Under the pieces are notes generated by a model. That model was given only the letters and a program-made list of their open reading frames with translations, was not told where the DNA came from and did not search any database. From Malacoraja senta (taxonomy: Eukaryota), in NCBI GenBank assembly GCA_038087875.1, contig CM075994.1, positions 5,086,001 through 5,146,000 on the forward strand: a stretch of DNA of 60,000 bases, in the 5' to 3' direction. Of this stretch, positions 23,994 to 37,290 are shown one piece after another. Numbering within the stretch: the first letter of the stretch is position 1; each line of letters opens with the position of its first letter. A program made the translations under genes and the position numbers.

Positions 23994-26900
23994 TTGTGCA
24001 GTATAAACATTTGAAAATGGAAACTGTTCTTACTGCCAAACAGCTGGTTTCTAAAGGATGCTACATGGAATGCATAGACCTCAAAGATGCACATTATTCG
24101 GTACCCATCCATCACAATCATCGGAGGTATTTGAAATTTAGCTGGATTAAACAATTGTGACAGTTTAAATCATTGCCTAATGGTTTAACTTCGGCTACTA
24201 GGTTATTTACAAAATTGTCAAAACCAGTGTTGGGCCTACCCCGGTCTCAGAATCATATTGTAATGGCTTATGTGGATGATATCCTTATCATAGGCAACTC
24301 AGGAGTTAGCTGAATTATCGGTTTCAGCTACCAAACGCGTGTTTGAGAGTTTGGTTTTTTTCGTCCATCCAGTTAAATCTAAATGTATCCCATCCAGAGT
24401 CATTGGTTATTTGGGGTTCACTATTAATTCAACTCACATGTCTGTGACACTGCCTCCAGGCGAAAGGTTAGAGTTACTCGAAGCCTGTAGCACGTTAATT
24501 GATGAGCAACAATCTTCGATTCGGCAGGTTACAGTACAGACCACTGCATTATCAAAATGTGCAACGTGCAAAGGAGCACGCACTCAAAAGGAATGCAGGG
24601 CATTTTAATAGAATCCGGTTACCAGCTGAAGCCGTTGCTGAAGTACAATGGTGGATAACAAATTTACACCGGGAAAATGCGGATTGACAGACATTCATTT
24701 GTTTTACAAACTGATGTCCGTGCTCTAGGATGGGGAGAACTAACACATGTTATTAACTATTTAGAGTTATTGGGAGCACTCTATGGCCTAAAAGCGTATT
24801 GTACTAATATGCATGATTTGCATGTGCAGCTTCAGATTGATAATACTACAGTAGTAGCATATATTAATCACATGGGTGGAATCAAATCGGTATCATGTGA
24901 TAAGTTGGTTAACCTTATTTGGCACTGGTGTATTACAAAAAACTTTTGGATTTCAGCTATCTACTTTCCAGGTAGATTTAACATGGTGGCAGACACCAGG
25001 TCATGAAAGTTCAATGACAACTCAGAATGGACGTTGAATCGTAAAATAATCAAAGAGATTGTCACTCGGCATCGTGTACCACACATTGATTTGTTTGCTT
25101 CCAGATTGAATCACCAGTTACCAAAGTATGTTTCATTGGATCCAGACCCAGGGGCAGTAGCTGTAGATGCATTCTCGCTACACCAGGGGTGGAATGTTTT
25201 ATATGCATTTACCCCATTTTGCCTCATCAGTCTTGCTTTGCTTAAGGTCGAGCAGGACTCTGCCTCAGGTATTTTGGTAGTTCCCGACTGGCCTGCACAA
25301 CCATGGTTCCCACTGATTCCAAGATTGAAAACACAGCCTTTTATGACTATCCCCAAAAGCAGTAGCCTGCTGGTTCATCCTGTAACTGGGGGAAATCATC
25401 CACTACATGACCGTATTAATCTGTTGGTTTGCAGGTACTGAGAAGACCGTTCCTGGGGCTCGGACTATCAGGGCGTACGGTGGATGTGATTACTGCAGCC
25501 TGGAGGGATAGTACTAAAAAACAATATATTTCTCATGTCAAGAAATGGGACATGTTCTGCTTGCAGTCGAACATTTCATATCACACGGCAAGCGTACCTG
25601 ATGAGTGGAATTTCTTTCCACATTATATGTCGATGAGCGACTAAGCTACAGTGCCATCAATAGTGCCAGGAGTGCCTTGTCATCCTACCTGTGCCAAGTA
25701 ATGGGACAACACTCTGTTGGGTCTCACCCTTTGTTCATGAAGGGTATTTTTTAACTGCAATCCCCCCAGGCCCAGATACACGGACATTTGGGATGTGAGT
25801 GTGGTTCTCGAGCTGCTTCGCCAATGGGCTCCAGCAACATCTCTGTCATTGGCCAGACTTACTCTCAAAGTGGTTTTGCTCATGACATTGCACAAGCTTC
25901 GACTGGACAGGATGGTTTCGTCTGTAAATAACATAACCTTTTATGTTTATGATTTACTTAAGCAGAGTAGACCAGGGACGTCAGGGATTAAACTTGATTG
26001 TACGGCATACACCATAGACGGTCGCCTCTGTGTAGTCACGCACTTACAGCAGTACATCAAGGTCACAAAGAGCCTCAGAGGCTCCGAATTGGCAATATTA
26101 GTCAGTTATAAAAAGCATCATAACAAGGTGTCAGTACAGACCACTGCATGACCGTGGTTAGAACAGGTTCTGGTTTATGCTGGAGTGGACACTGATCTGT
26201 TTAAATCTCACTCCACCAGGGCGGCTTCAACGTCAGCAGCGAGGGCAGAGGATGGCATCCAAACTTGCCATACCTGCCGGTACGGTGGAACCACTGAATG
26301 AGGATCTGGCCGGGACCATAAATTACATGGTCTCTCATCAACTGCAAGACCTCACCATGGAGGAAACCTCCAAAAAATACCAAAAACCGGTAATTGCACA
26401 TCACTCAAAGTCCCAGCTGGGAATTATCCAATCTGGGGGCACATGGCAGCGGGAATCAGAGCCCAAGAATTAAGGCTCCAGAAGATCTTCAAGCTCCTAG
26501 CTTCAGGAATAACATCTTTTGCCAGGTCGGTGGATGGTGAAGCTCTGTCTGAAGTTCAGCAGGTTGCGCTTACACTCATGTGCAATGCACAGTTCGAAAT
26601 CAACTGTTTGAGGAAGACTGCAATCCTGCCGATGATCAATCCTAAATTTGCAGCACTATGCAAGACAAGCAGCGTGCAGCCACCGAATTTGCTGTTCGGG
26701 GATGACCTGTCAAAATAAGTCAGAGAATTAGAAGATGAGGCAGAAACATTTGGCCCCATAAGAGCAAAACCGACCAGCAAAAATCCTCTCCGGCGGCAGC
26801 ACCCCTATAAACGGTCCGCTGAATCGGGTTCAGGCAAAGGACCAAGCCGAGCCTTGCCAAGTATGCGCAGTTGGCTCACGCCAACATTACCCTCCAGAAC

Positions 26901-27304
26901 ACGAGGGCAGATGTTTCTACCAACCATGGAGGTAGGTGGGCAGTTACAACCTGGTGGGAGATTACGTTTGTTTTTCAATCAATTGTGTCGTATAACATCA
27001 GACTCGTTTATACTGCACAGTATACTAGGTTTTCGGATTGAATTCATTTTAAATTATGCCCACCTACACAGCGTGCACCTAGCCGGACGTTGTCTTTTTC
27101 ACAAGAGTCCTTGGAGGTACAGACTGAGAATGAAACACTAGGTAAACAAGGGGTAATTGGGAAATCTTGTCATCAATCTCACCAATTTGTCTCTAATATA
27201 TTTGCTAGACAAATGAAGGATGGTGGGTGTCGAACCATTCGTGATCTATCTAGGCTTAACTCCCTGCGACTTTGAGTCCTGAAAAGCGCTATATAAATAA
27301 AATC

Positions 27305-27346
<42 letters not shown>

Positions 27347-28069
27347 GTGCAGTATAAACATTTGAAAATGGAAACTGTTCTTACTGCCAAACAGCTGGTT
27401 TCTAAAGGATGCTACATGGAATGCATAGACCTCAAAGATGCACATTATTCGGTGCCCATCCATCACAATCATCGGAGGTATTTGAAATTTAGCTGGATTA
27501 AACAATTGTGACAGTTTAAATCATTGCCTAATGGTTTAACTTCGGCTCCTAGGTTATTTACAAAATTGTCAAAACCAGTGTTGGGCCTACCCCGGTCTCA
27601 GAATGATATTGTAATGGCTTATGTGGATGATATCCTTATCATAGGCAACTCAGAAGTTAGCTGAATTATCGGTTTCAGCTACCAAACGCGTGTTTGAGAG
27701 TTTGTTTTTTTTCGTCCATCCAGTTAAATCTAAATGTATCCCATCCAGAGTCATTGGTTATTTGGGGTTCACTATTAATTCAACTCACATGTCTGTGACA
27801 CTGCCTCCAGGCGAAAGGTTAGAGTTACTCGAAGCCTGTAGCACGTTAATTGATGAGCAACAATCTTCGATTCGGCAGGTTGCTAGTGTAACTGGCAAAT
27901 TAGTGGCTGCTTTTCCAGCAGCACAGTACAGACCACTGCATTATCAAAATGTCCAACGTGCAAAGGAGCACGCACTCAAAAGGAATGCAGGGCATTTTAA
28001 TAGACATCCGGTTACCAGCTGAAGCCGTTGCTGAGGTACAATGGTGGATAACAAATTTACACCGCGAAA

Positions 28070-28834
28070 ATGCGGATTGACAGACATTCATTTGTTTTAC
28101 AAACTGATGTCCGTGCTCTAGGATGGGGAGAACTAACACATGTTATTTACTATTTAGAGTTACTGGGAGCACTCTATGGCCTAAAAGCGTTTTGTACTAA
28201 TATGCATGATTTGCATGTGCAGCTTCAGATTGATAATACTACAGTAGTAGCATATATTAATCACATGGGTGGAATCAAATCGGTATCATGTGATAAGTTG
28301 GTTAACCTTATTTGGCACTGGTGTATTACAAAAAACTTTTGGATTTCAGCTATCTACTTTCCAGGTAGATTTAACATGGTGGCAGACACCAGGTCACGAA
28401 AGTTCAATGACAACTCAGAATGGACGTTGAATCGTAAAATAATCAAAGAGATTGTCACTCGGCATCGTGTACCACACATTGATTTGTTTGCTTCCAGATT
28501 GAATCACCAGTTACCAAAGTATGTTTCATTGGATCCAGACCCAGGGGCAGTAGCTGTAGATGCATTCTCGCTACACCAGGGGTGGAATGTTTTATATGCA
28601 TTTACCCCATTTTGCCTCATCAGTCTTGCTTTGCTTAAGGTCGAGCAGGACTCTGCCTCAGGTATTTTGGTAGTTCCCGACTGGCCTGCACAACCATGGT
28701 TCCCACTGATTCCAAGATTGAAAACACAGCCTTTTATGACTATCCCCAAAAGCAGTAGCCTGCTGGTTCATCCTGTAACTGGGGGAAATCATCCACTACA
28801 TGACCGTATTAATCTGTTGGTTTGCAGGTACTGA
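28070..28834 (+). CDS. DIRS RNase H plus Dam-like N6-adenine methyltransferase-like domain (open segment)
   Basis: QIDNTTVVAYINHMGG, ADTRSR, IDLFASRLNHQL, VDAFSL, YAFTPF, VVPDWPAQPWFP. Confidence 0.85.
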   Translation: MRIDRHSFVLQTDVRALGWGELTHVIYYLELLGALYGLKAFCTNMHDLHVQLQIDNTTVVAYINHMGGIKSVSCDKLVNLIWHWCITKNFWISAIYFPGRFNMVADTRSRKFNDNSEWTLNRKIIKEIVTRHRVPHIDLFASRLNHQLPKYVSLDPDPGAVAVDAFSLHQGWNVLYAFTPFCLISLALLKVEQDSASGILVVPDWPAQPWFPLIPRLKTQPFMTIPKSSSLLVHPVTGGNHPLHDRINLLVCRY

Positions 28835-28997
28835 GAAGACCGTTCCTGGGGCTCGGACTATCAGGGCGTACGGTGGATGTGATTACTGCAGCTTGGAGGG
28901 ATAGTACTAAAAAACAATATATTTCTCATGTCAAGAAATGGGACATGTTCTGCTTGCAGTCGAACATTTCATATCACACGGCAAGCGTACCTGATGA

Positions 28998-29969
28998 GTG
29001 GAATTTCTTTCCACATTATATGTCGATGAGCGACTAAGCTACAGTGCCATCAATAGTGCCAGGAGTGCCTTGTCATCCTACCTGTGCCAAATAATGGGAC
29101 AACACTCTGTTGGGTCTCACCCTTTGTTCATGAAGGTTATTTTTAACTGCAATCCCCCCAGGCCCAGATACACGGACATTTGGGATGTGAGTGTGGTTCT
29201 CGAGCTGCTTCGCCAATGGGCTCCAGCAACATCTCTGTCATTGGCCAGACTTACTCTCAAAGTGGTTTTGCTCATGACGTTGCACAAGCTTCGACTGGAC
29301 AGGATGGTTTCGTCTGTAAATAACATAACCTTTTATGTTTATGATTTGCTTAAGCAGAGTAGACCAGGGACGTCAGGGATTAAACTTGATTGTATGGCAT
29401 ACACCATAGACGGTCGCCTCTGTGTAGTCACGCTCTTACAGCAGTACATCAAGGTCACAAAGAGCCTCAGAGGCTCCGAATTGGCAATATTAGTCAGTTA
29501 TAAAAAGCATCATAACAAGGTGTCAGTACAGACCACTGCATTACCGTGGTTAAAACAGGTTCTGGTTTATGCTGGAGTGGACACTGATCTGTTTAAATCT
29601 CACTCCACCAGGGCGGCTTCAACGTCAGCAGCGAGGGCAGAGGACGTCCCTATCGACCACATCCTCGCGGCCGCAGGATGGTCCAGTGAATTGACGTTTG
29701 AGAGGTTCTATCACAAACCTCTTGCCACACCGGGGTTATTTGGGCACTCGATTCTATATTCTGTTTGTTGCTTTCCACTGGGACAGAGGGTTCGCTATAA
29801 TTTTATTTCTTTGTTAAATAAAGCATCAACCTGGTTAAGCCTGTATTATGTTGGAATGCTTCGTTTGTTATTACTCATCCTGTGTCAACCAAGACAGTGT
29901 GTCGCATGGACTCGTATCCACGGCATGAAATCACAGAGCTTTGAAGTCTTCACGGCATCACTCACGTGA
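28998..29969 (+). CDS. DIRS tyrosine recombinase, probably inactive
   Basis: HSTRAA, AAGWS, FERFY. The A.VTAQRVQ box I segment seen in the 2629-3084 copy is missing (LLMTLHKL). Confidence 0.85.
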   Translation: MEFLSTLYVDERLSYSAINSARSALSSYLCQIMGQHSVGSHPLFMKVIFNCNPPRPRYTDIWDVSVVLELLRQWAPATSLSLARLTLKVVLLMTLHKLRLDRMVSSVNNITFYVYDLLKQSRPGTSGIKLDCMAYTIDGRLCVVTLLQQYIKVTKSLRGSELAILVSYKKHHNKVSVQTTALPWLKQVLVYAGVDTDLFKSHSTRAASTSAARAEDVPIDHILAAAGWSSELTFERFYHKPLATPGLFGHSILYSVCCFPLGQRVRYNFISLLNKASTWLSLYYVGMLRLLLLILCQPRQCVAWTRIHGMKSQSFEVFTASLT

Positions 29970-30364
29970 CTCTGAAGTAAAATAGTAAGATTAAACGATA
30001 ACTTACCAGTTTGAAGTTTGATCTTTAGTTTATGAGGAGTTACGATGAGCAATTATGTGCCCACCGCTCCCAACCCTCATATCGTAAAGGTGATCGGGTA
30101 GTTTCTAGGTTTCTAATCTTACTATATTACTTCAATAATTGTTATCTGTGATTTCACGCCGCTGCTTTGAACATTTAAGCGGATGCGGACTGGCGGGGCT
30201 TCTTCACGTAATCCCTCATCGTAAATCTCATAAAATAAAGATCAAACTTCAAACTGGTAAGTCCTCATTTAATCTTACTATTTTCCATACTAACCAGAAT
30301 GGCATATGGAGCTCGTCTAATTTGCTTACATTTTGCTTGCAGCCATCTAAACTCGTTCAATGGA

Positions 30365-30785
30365 CAGAGAATCACAGGGTAACGGAATGATACAGAGTGG
30401 AAGCAGGTCCGTTGATCCAACTTGCCCACACCGCTCAACATATCCCAGTTCCACCAGTCCCACCTGCCAGTATTTGGTCCATACTCCTCCAAACCTGTGG
30501 TATCCATGGACCTGTATAACTGTTTCTAAATCATTGATATGGTCCCTGCCACGCCTACTCATTCTGGCAGTTTGATCCATATATCCAGCACACATTTTGT
30601 GAAAAAGTCACCCCTCAGATTCCTATTAAATCTTTTCTCATTCACCTTATTTCTTACCTAATGTATTTTACAAATGCTGATTTGTAATGCTTCTAAAGAT
30701 TCCGCAAGGAGCTGATTCCAGACAAGGACCACTCACTGAGCGAAAATGTTGTCCCAGTACACTATTTTGATCCTTTCTCCTATCA
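30365..30785 (-). mobile_element. old CR1 3'-end fragments
   Basis: gtgaaaaagtcacccctcagattcctattaaatctttt...ttcacctta, typical of the antisense CR1 3' end. Confidence 0.65.
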
Positions 30786-33700
30786 CGTCCCTACGTGGAT
30801 CTCGAAGCAGCAAGCAGGGGGAGAGAGACGAGACAAGTGGTTTGAAACTCCGTGGGAAAGAAGGTGAGTCAGAAGGCACAGTTTAAAACTGTCATAGGGG
30901 CAGTTTAAAAGGGAGAAATTGGATTCGTAAATTGACGAATAAGGCAATTTATCAACCACTATAAGCAAAGTTGCTTGAGCGGAGATGCGTTATGAGGGAA
31001 GCGCGAGCCTTTTGCTCGAGAGACTTCGGTGAGGAAATACAACTATCTCAAAATTTGGAGAGGGCGGGACGCGGTGAACACATGACGGTGTGAGGTTTGC
31101 AGGATGTGGGAGGCCAGGGACGCGGATGGTGCCTCTAGCTGCTATAACTTTTATAAGTGTGACAAGGTTCAGCTACTGAAGGTCCGTGTTGGGGCACTGA
31201 AGAAGGAACTTGATGACCTCAGGATCATCGGGGAAAACGAGACTTTCCTGGACAGGACATACAGTGAGGTTGTCTCGCCCATGGTACAGGAAGAACGAAG
31301 GTGGGTTAATGATAGGGGAGAAAACGTGGCAGCAGCAGAACCAGGCGGCTGTGCCAAATGAATACACGTACGCTCTCTTGGGAGCTGTCGGGGGAGCCGA
31401 CGCTTCCAGTCCGAACGCAGGACAGGTCGGACGCTCCAATTGTAGTGATAACACTCGAGCGGCGATTCCGACGTCGGGCAGAGCCAAAGTGGTGTGTGAC
31501 TCAATTGTCCGAGGTGTGCAGTTGAGATTCTGTGAGGGCAGGCGAAATTCGAGGATGGTCTTTTGCCTCTCTGGTGCCAGGGTCCAAGATATTACGAATC
31601 GAATTCAGAACATCCTCGAGAGGAAAGGTGAACAGCTGGCAAACAGTTGTGAATTTAGGCAAAAACGACATCGGGGAGAAGAGGAAGGAGGTTCTGCAAA
31701 GCATGTTTAGAGAATTAAGAAAACCACTGAAAATTAGAAATTCTCTGGTTGTTATCACTGATTTCTTCCCGTACCTCCTGCTAGTGAGGACGGGAAGAGG
31801 GAGATAGGGGATCTTAATGTGTGGCTGTGGGGATCGTGCAGGGAGGAACGCTTTAGCTTTATAAACCACTGAGGTTTCTTCTGGGGCAGTGTTGACGTGT
31901 ACAAAGGGGAATTGTTATACCTTAACTGGAGGGTGACCAACGTTCTGGCAGGCAGATTTCTAGGGCTTCACGTGTGGGTTTAAACTAAATAGTCGAGAGG
32001 GGATTGACAAATTGGCAGTATAAAGATGGAGTTAAAGGGGAAGTGAGAAGAGGAAAAGTTACAAAAGTGTCCCGAATTAATTAATGGGAAGGAAAGGTCG
32101 AGAAGGTTTAAGAGAGTAAGGTTAGCGCCGGAATTAGAGGTGATGTGAATACCGAGTCTAAATGTTGTATATGAATGCGCGAAGTATACGAATTAAAGAG
32201 GACGTGCTTGAGGCTCAGTTAGAAATTGGCAAGGATGATGGTGTGGGAATTATAGAGCCATGGCTGCAAGAGGGCCAGGGTAGGGAAATGAATATTCAAG
32301 GGTATTCATCCTATCGAAAATACTGACAGGTGGGCAAAGGGGGTGGGTAGCTCTGTTGGTGAAGAATGACATGCAGTCCCTTGCAACGGGTGACATTGAA
32401 ACAGGAGATGTGGAGTCGGTATGGATAGAACTCAGGAATTACAAGCGTAAGATAAACCTAATGGGGCTTATCTGCAGGCCCCCAAACAGTAGCCTGGATA
32501 CAGGGTGCAAGTTGAATGAAGAGTTCAAATTGCCATGTCGTAAACGTAATGCTACGGATGTTATGGGAGATTTTAACATGCAGGTAAAATGGGGAAATCA
32601 GGTTGGTACTGGGCCCCAAGAAAGGTAGATTGTGTAGTACCTCCGTGATGGATTCTTCGAGCAGCTAGTACCTACCAGGGAGAAGGCAATTCTGGATTTA
32701 GTGTTGTGTAATGAACTAGATATGATAAAGTGAACTTGAGTTTAAGGAGCCATTCGGTAGTGGCCTTAATATGATGAATTTTAATTACATTTAATTAAAT
32801 TTTAATCTACAATTGAGAGGAAGAAGGGTGTATCGGTGGTGTCAGTATTACAGTTGGATAAAGAGGACTATGGAGCCATGAGTGAAGAGCTAGCCAAAGT
32901 TGAGTGGAATGGCGCCCTAGCATGGATGACAGTGGAACAACAATGGCAGGTATTTCTGGGAATAATACATAAAGTGCAGGATCAGATGATTCCAAATGTG
33001 GACAAATATTCCAAGGCGAGTAAGGGGCGACCGTGGTTGACAAGGGTAGTCAGTGACAGTATAAAATAAAATATAATTATAACATAGAAAAGATGAGCGG
33101 GAAGCCAGAGGATAGGATAATGTTTAAAGAGGAACAGAAGATAATTAAAAAGGATATCCGGGGAGAAAAAATGAGGTATGAAATCAAGCTAACCAACAGG
33201 GTAAGGGAGCAAAGGTATCGTTAATGACCCCAGAAATAACGGGTAAGAACGCTCATCAAGGGATAGGAGAATATGTCCCAGTTTAATAGGGATCGGTGTG
33301 AATGATGAGATGCGTAAGAAATTAAAAGTACTGTATTTGAATGCGCGAAGTATAAGAAGTAGATTAGATGAGCTTGAGGCTCAGATATAGATAGGTGGAT
33401 ATGACATTATGGGGATTACCGAGACGTGGCTGCAGGAGGATCGGTTCTGGGAACTTGATGTTCAGAGTTAGACATCCTATAAAAAGGACAGGCAGGTAGG
33501 CAGAGGAGGGGGGGAGCTCTTCTTGTGAGGAATGACATTCAGTCCCTTGCGAGGGAAGGCACAGAGAATGACGAGGTAGAGTCACTGTGGATTGAGTTGA
33601 CGAATTGCAAAGGCAAGAAGCCACTAATTGGTGTTAACTACAGACCCTCAAATAGTAGCCCGGGTGTCGGGTGTAAGTTGCAGCAGGAGTTAAAACTGGC

Positions 33701-35375
33701 ATGTATCAAAGGTAGTGCCACTGTGGTGATGGGGGATTTAAATATGCAGGTAGACTGGGAATATCCGATTGGTTCAGGTCCTCAAGAAAGAGAGTTTGTA
33801 GAGTGCCTCCGAGATGGATTCTTAGAGAAGCTTGTAATGGAGCCGACCAGAGAAAAGACAATTCTGGATTTATTGTTGTCTAATGAACCACATTTGATAA
33901 GTGAACTCGAGGAAAAGGAACCGCTTGGAGGTAGTGATCATAACATGTTCAGTTGTAATCTGCAATTCGTGAAGGAAAAGGTTAAATCGGAAGTGGCAGT
34001 GATGCAGTTGAACAAAGGGGATTATGAAGGCATGAGAGAGGAGCTGGCCAAGGTAGACTGGAAAGGGATACTAGCAGGAATGACGGCGGAACAGCCATGT
34101 CGGGATTTTCTGAGCATAATACGGAAGACGCAGGATCATTTCATTGCAAAAAGGAGGATATATTCTAAGGGGAGTCGGAAGCTACCGTGGCGCACAAGAG
34201 AAGTTAGGGATAGAATAAAATTAAAATAAAAGATTTATAACACAGCAAAGAGTAGCCGGAAGCCAGAGGATTGGGAACTTTCATAGGACAACATAATGCA
34301 ACAAAACGATCAATACTGGATGAAATGATGGAGTACGAGGGGAAGCTGGCCAGGATGTAAAGAAGGACAGTAAAAGCTTCTTTAGATATGTTAAGGGAAA
34401 AAGAATAGCAAAGTCAAATGTTTGTTCCCTGAAGGTAGACACGGGTGAAATTATTATGGGGAACAAGGAAATGGCAGAGGAGTTGAACAGGTACTTCGGG
34501 TCTGTTTTCAATAAGGAAGACACAAACAATAGGGCAGAGGATCTAAGGGGTTCGAGGAACGGAAATAAATGTTCATTAGGCGAGAAATATTATTGGGTAC
34601 GCTAATGGGACTGACGGATGATAAATCCACGAAGCATGATGAAGTGCATCCCAGGGTCCTCAGGGAGGAGGCTCTAAAAATAGTGGACGCATTGGTGAAC
34701 ATTTTCCAATGATCAGTATATTCAGGATCAGTTCCAGTGGATTGGAGCGTACCTAATGTTATCCCACTTTTCAACAAAGGAGCGAGAGAGAAAACGGTGA
34801 ATTGCAGACCAGTTAGCCTGAATTCGGTGGTGGGAAAGATGCTGATGTCAATTATTAAAGAGGTAATAATGGGGCATTTAGATAGCAGTAAAAGTATTAG
34901 TCCAAGTCAGCATGGGTTTATGAAAGGAAAATCATGCGTGACTACACTTCTAGGTTTTTGGGGGGATGTGACAAGTAATATGGATGAAGGGGATCCAGTG
35001 GATACAGTGTATCTAGACTTTCAGAAAGCCTTTGACAAGGTCCCGCACGGGAGACTTATGACTAAAATTAGAGCACATGGAATTGGGGATAGGGTGTTGA
35101 CGTGGATAGATTTTTTTTGATTGACAGGAAGCAAAGAGTAGGAGTGAACGGGTCCTTTTCAGAATGGCAGGCAGTGGCGGGTGGATTGCCGCAAGGCTCA
35201 GTTTTATGGCCGCAACTGTTTACCATATATATTCATGATGTGTAAGAGGGAATTAGGAGCAACACTAGCATGTTTGCGAATGACATAAAGCTGGGTGGCA
35301 GTGTGAAGTGTGAAGAGGATGTTAGGAGGTTGCAGGGTGACCTGGACACGTTGATTGAGTGGGCAGATGCGTGGC

Positions 35376-36345
35376 TTGGATTTAAAGACTTGGCAGAAAA
35401 TGTGTTAGTTGGTTGCAAAGTGTTTGCCAAATTGGCTTGGCTTTTAAAGGCTTTTCAGAAAATGTGTTGGCTGTTTGCAAAGTGTTTGCCTAAGTGGCTT
35501 GGCGTTTAAATACTTTTCAGAAGATGTGTTGGTTGTTTGCACAGTGTTTGCCAATTTGGCTTGGCTTCTAAAGACTTTCCAAAAAAATGTGTTGGCTGAT
35601 TGCAAAGTGTTTGCCAAATTGGCTTAGCTTATAAAGACTTTTCAGAAAATGTGTTGGCTGTTTGCAAAGTGTTTGCCAAATTGGCTTGGCTTTTAAAGAC
35701 TTTTCAGGAAGTGTGTTTGTTATTTGCAAAGTGTTTGCCAAATTGGCTTGGCTTTCAAAGACTTTTCAGAACATGTGTTCGTTGTTTGAAAAGTGTTTGC
35801 CAATTTGGCTTGGCTTTTAAATACTTTTGAGAAAATGTGTTGTTTGTTTGCAAAGTAGTTGCCAAATTGGCTTGGCTTTTAAAGACTCTTCAGAAAATGT
35901 GTTGTTTGTTTGAAAAGTATTGGCCTGGCTTTTAAATACTCTACAGTAAACGTGTTGGTTGTTTGCAAAGTGTTTGCCAAATTGGCTTGGCTTTTAAAGA
36001 CTTCAAAAAATGTGTTGGCTGGAAAGTGTTTGCCAAATTGGCTTGGCATTTAAAGACTTTTCAGAAAATGTGTTGACTGCAAAGTGTTTGCCAAATTGGC
36101 TTGGCTTTTAAATACTTTTCAGAAAATGTGTTGGCTACAAAATGTTTGCCAAATTGGCTTGGCTTTTAAAGACTTTTCAGAAATTTTTTTTGCTGCAAAA
36201 TGTTTGCAAATTGGCTTGGCATTTAAAGACTTTTCAGAAAATGTTTTTGCTGCAAAATGTTTGCAAATTGACTTGGCTTATAAAGACTTTCCAGAAAAAT
36301 GTGTTGGCTATAAAATGTTTGCCAAATTGGCTTGGTTTTAAAATG
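35376..36345. repeat. tandem array with unit of about 55-60 bp (ttggcttggcttttaaagacttttcagaaaatgtgttggctgtttgcaaagtgtttgccaaa)
   Basis: Repeated diverged units across about 970 bp. Confidence 0.95.
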
Positions 36346-36511
36346 GTTACAACAGTTTTCGGATGGATAAAGCGTGAAGGAACGTTTTATTAGATCAGGG
36401 ACGTGTTTACTTGCAAAATTGGCGCTCATTGCGTGACCCGCTCAGAGGCAAGTTGGCGCCGATTACGTCGTTTCCGGTTAGAGGCAAGATGGCGCTGAGT
36501 GCTTCATTTGA

Positions 36512-36710
36512 GGTTCAAGTTCGTGAGTTTATTGTCATGTCATGCGTCCCTGATAGGACAATACAATTCTTGCTTTGCTTCAGCACAACAGAACATAGTA
36601 GGCATTGACTACAAAACATATCAGTGTGTCCATATACCATTCTATAAATATATACACACATGAATAAATAAACTGATGAAGTGCAAATAACAGTTAATGG
36701 GCTATTCAAG
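36512..36710 (-). mobile_element. Rex1-type 3' UTR fragment
   Basis: Homologous to 5800-5990. Flanked by the direct repeat ttcaagttc. Confidence 0.75.
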
Positions 36711-36938
36711 TTCATCGCAAGATGGCGCTGACTGCAGTAAAGCGCAGAGTGAAGACGCCGTTGAATATTTCAAGACAGCTGACTGCACTGTTGACGGTGA
36801 GTGTGTCCGTTGGACGTTATTGTATGCACATTTTTGCTTCAGCAGCAGCAGCCTCCACAGGAGGCTTTAAACGTTTGAATCATTCGTTTTACACACTGTA
36901 TGTTTACCACGTTCTGAAGTTACTTGGCATTTAAAAAT

Positions 36939-37290
36939 TGTGTGTGTGTGAATGATTGTGTGAGTGAGTGAATGTGTGACTGAGTGTGTGTGTGAGTGAG
37001 TCCGTGTGTGTGAGAGTCAGTGTGTGTGAGTGTGTGTATGTGTGTAAGTCTCTCTGCGTGTGAGTGTGTGTGTGTGTGTATATATGTGTGTGTGTGTGTC
37101 TGTGTGTGTGTGTGAGTCTGTATCTGTGTGTGTGTGAGTTGTTGCGTGAGTGTGTGTGTGAGTGTTTGCGTGAGTGTGCGTGTGTGTGTGTGTGACTGTG
37201 TGAGTGTGTGTGTGAGAGACTGTGTGTGTGAGTGTGTGTGTGTGTGTGTGTGGTGGAGGGTGTGTGTGTGGTGGAGGGTGTGCGTGTGAT
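36939..37290. repeat. compound (TG)n microsatellite
   Basis: Imperfect TG/GAGT runs. Confidence 0.95.

Larger units (their letters stand above)
22895..29643 (+). repeat. tandem duplication of about 3.36 kb (22895-26251 and 26252-29643)
   Basis: Near-identical units. Junction gcagagg-a-tggcatcc joins YR back into gag. Confidence 0.97.
22188..30283 (+). mobile_element. DIRS1-type retrotransposon, both termini present, with internal tandem duplication
   Basis: Inverted repeats at 22218-22242 and 30183-30207. ICR at about 29962-30060. Gag, RT (DLKDAHY, YVDD), RNase H, methylase-like and YR domains present. Confidence 0.96.

Noticed and set aside
28400..28834. Adenine methyltransferase-like domain as a bacterial or phage gene capture
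   Set aside because: It is a standard, known domain of DIRS1-type elements.
31480..31960. SGNH esterase as a host gene
   Set aside because: It is the known ORF1 domain of CR1 LINEs and is disrupted here.
35376..36345. Regularly spaced repeats resembling a CRISPR array
   Set aside because: Head-to-tail units with no unique spacers, no cas genes, and a eukaryotic context.
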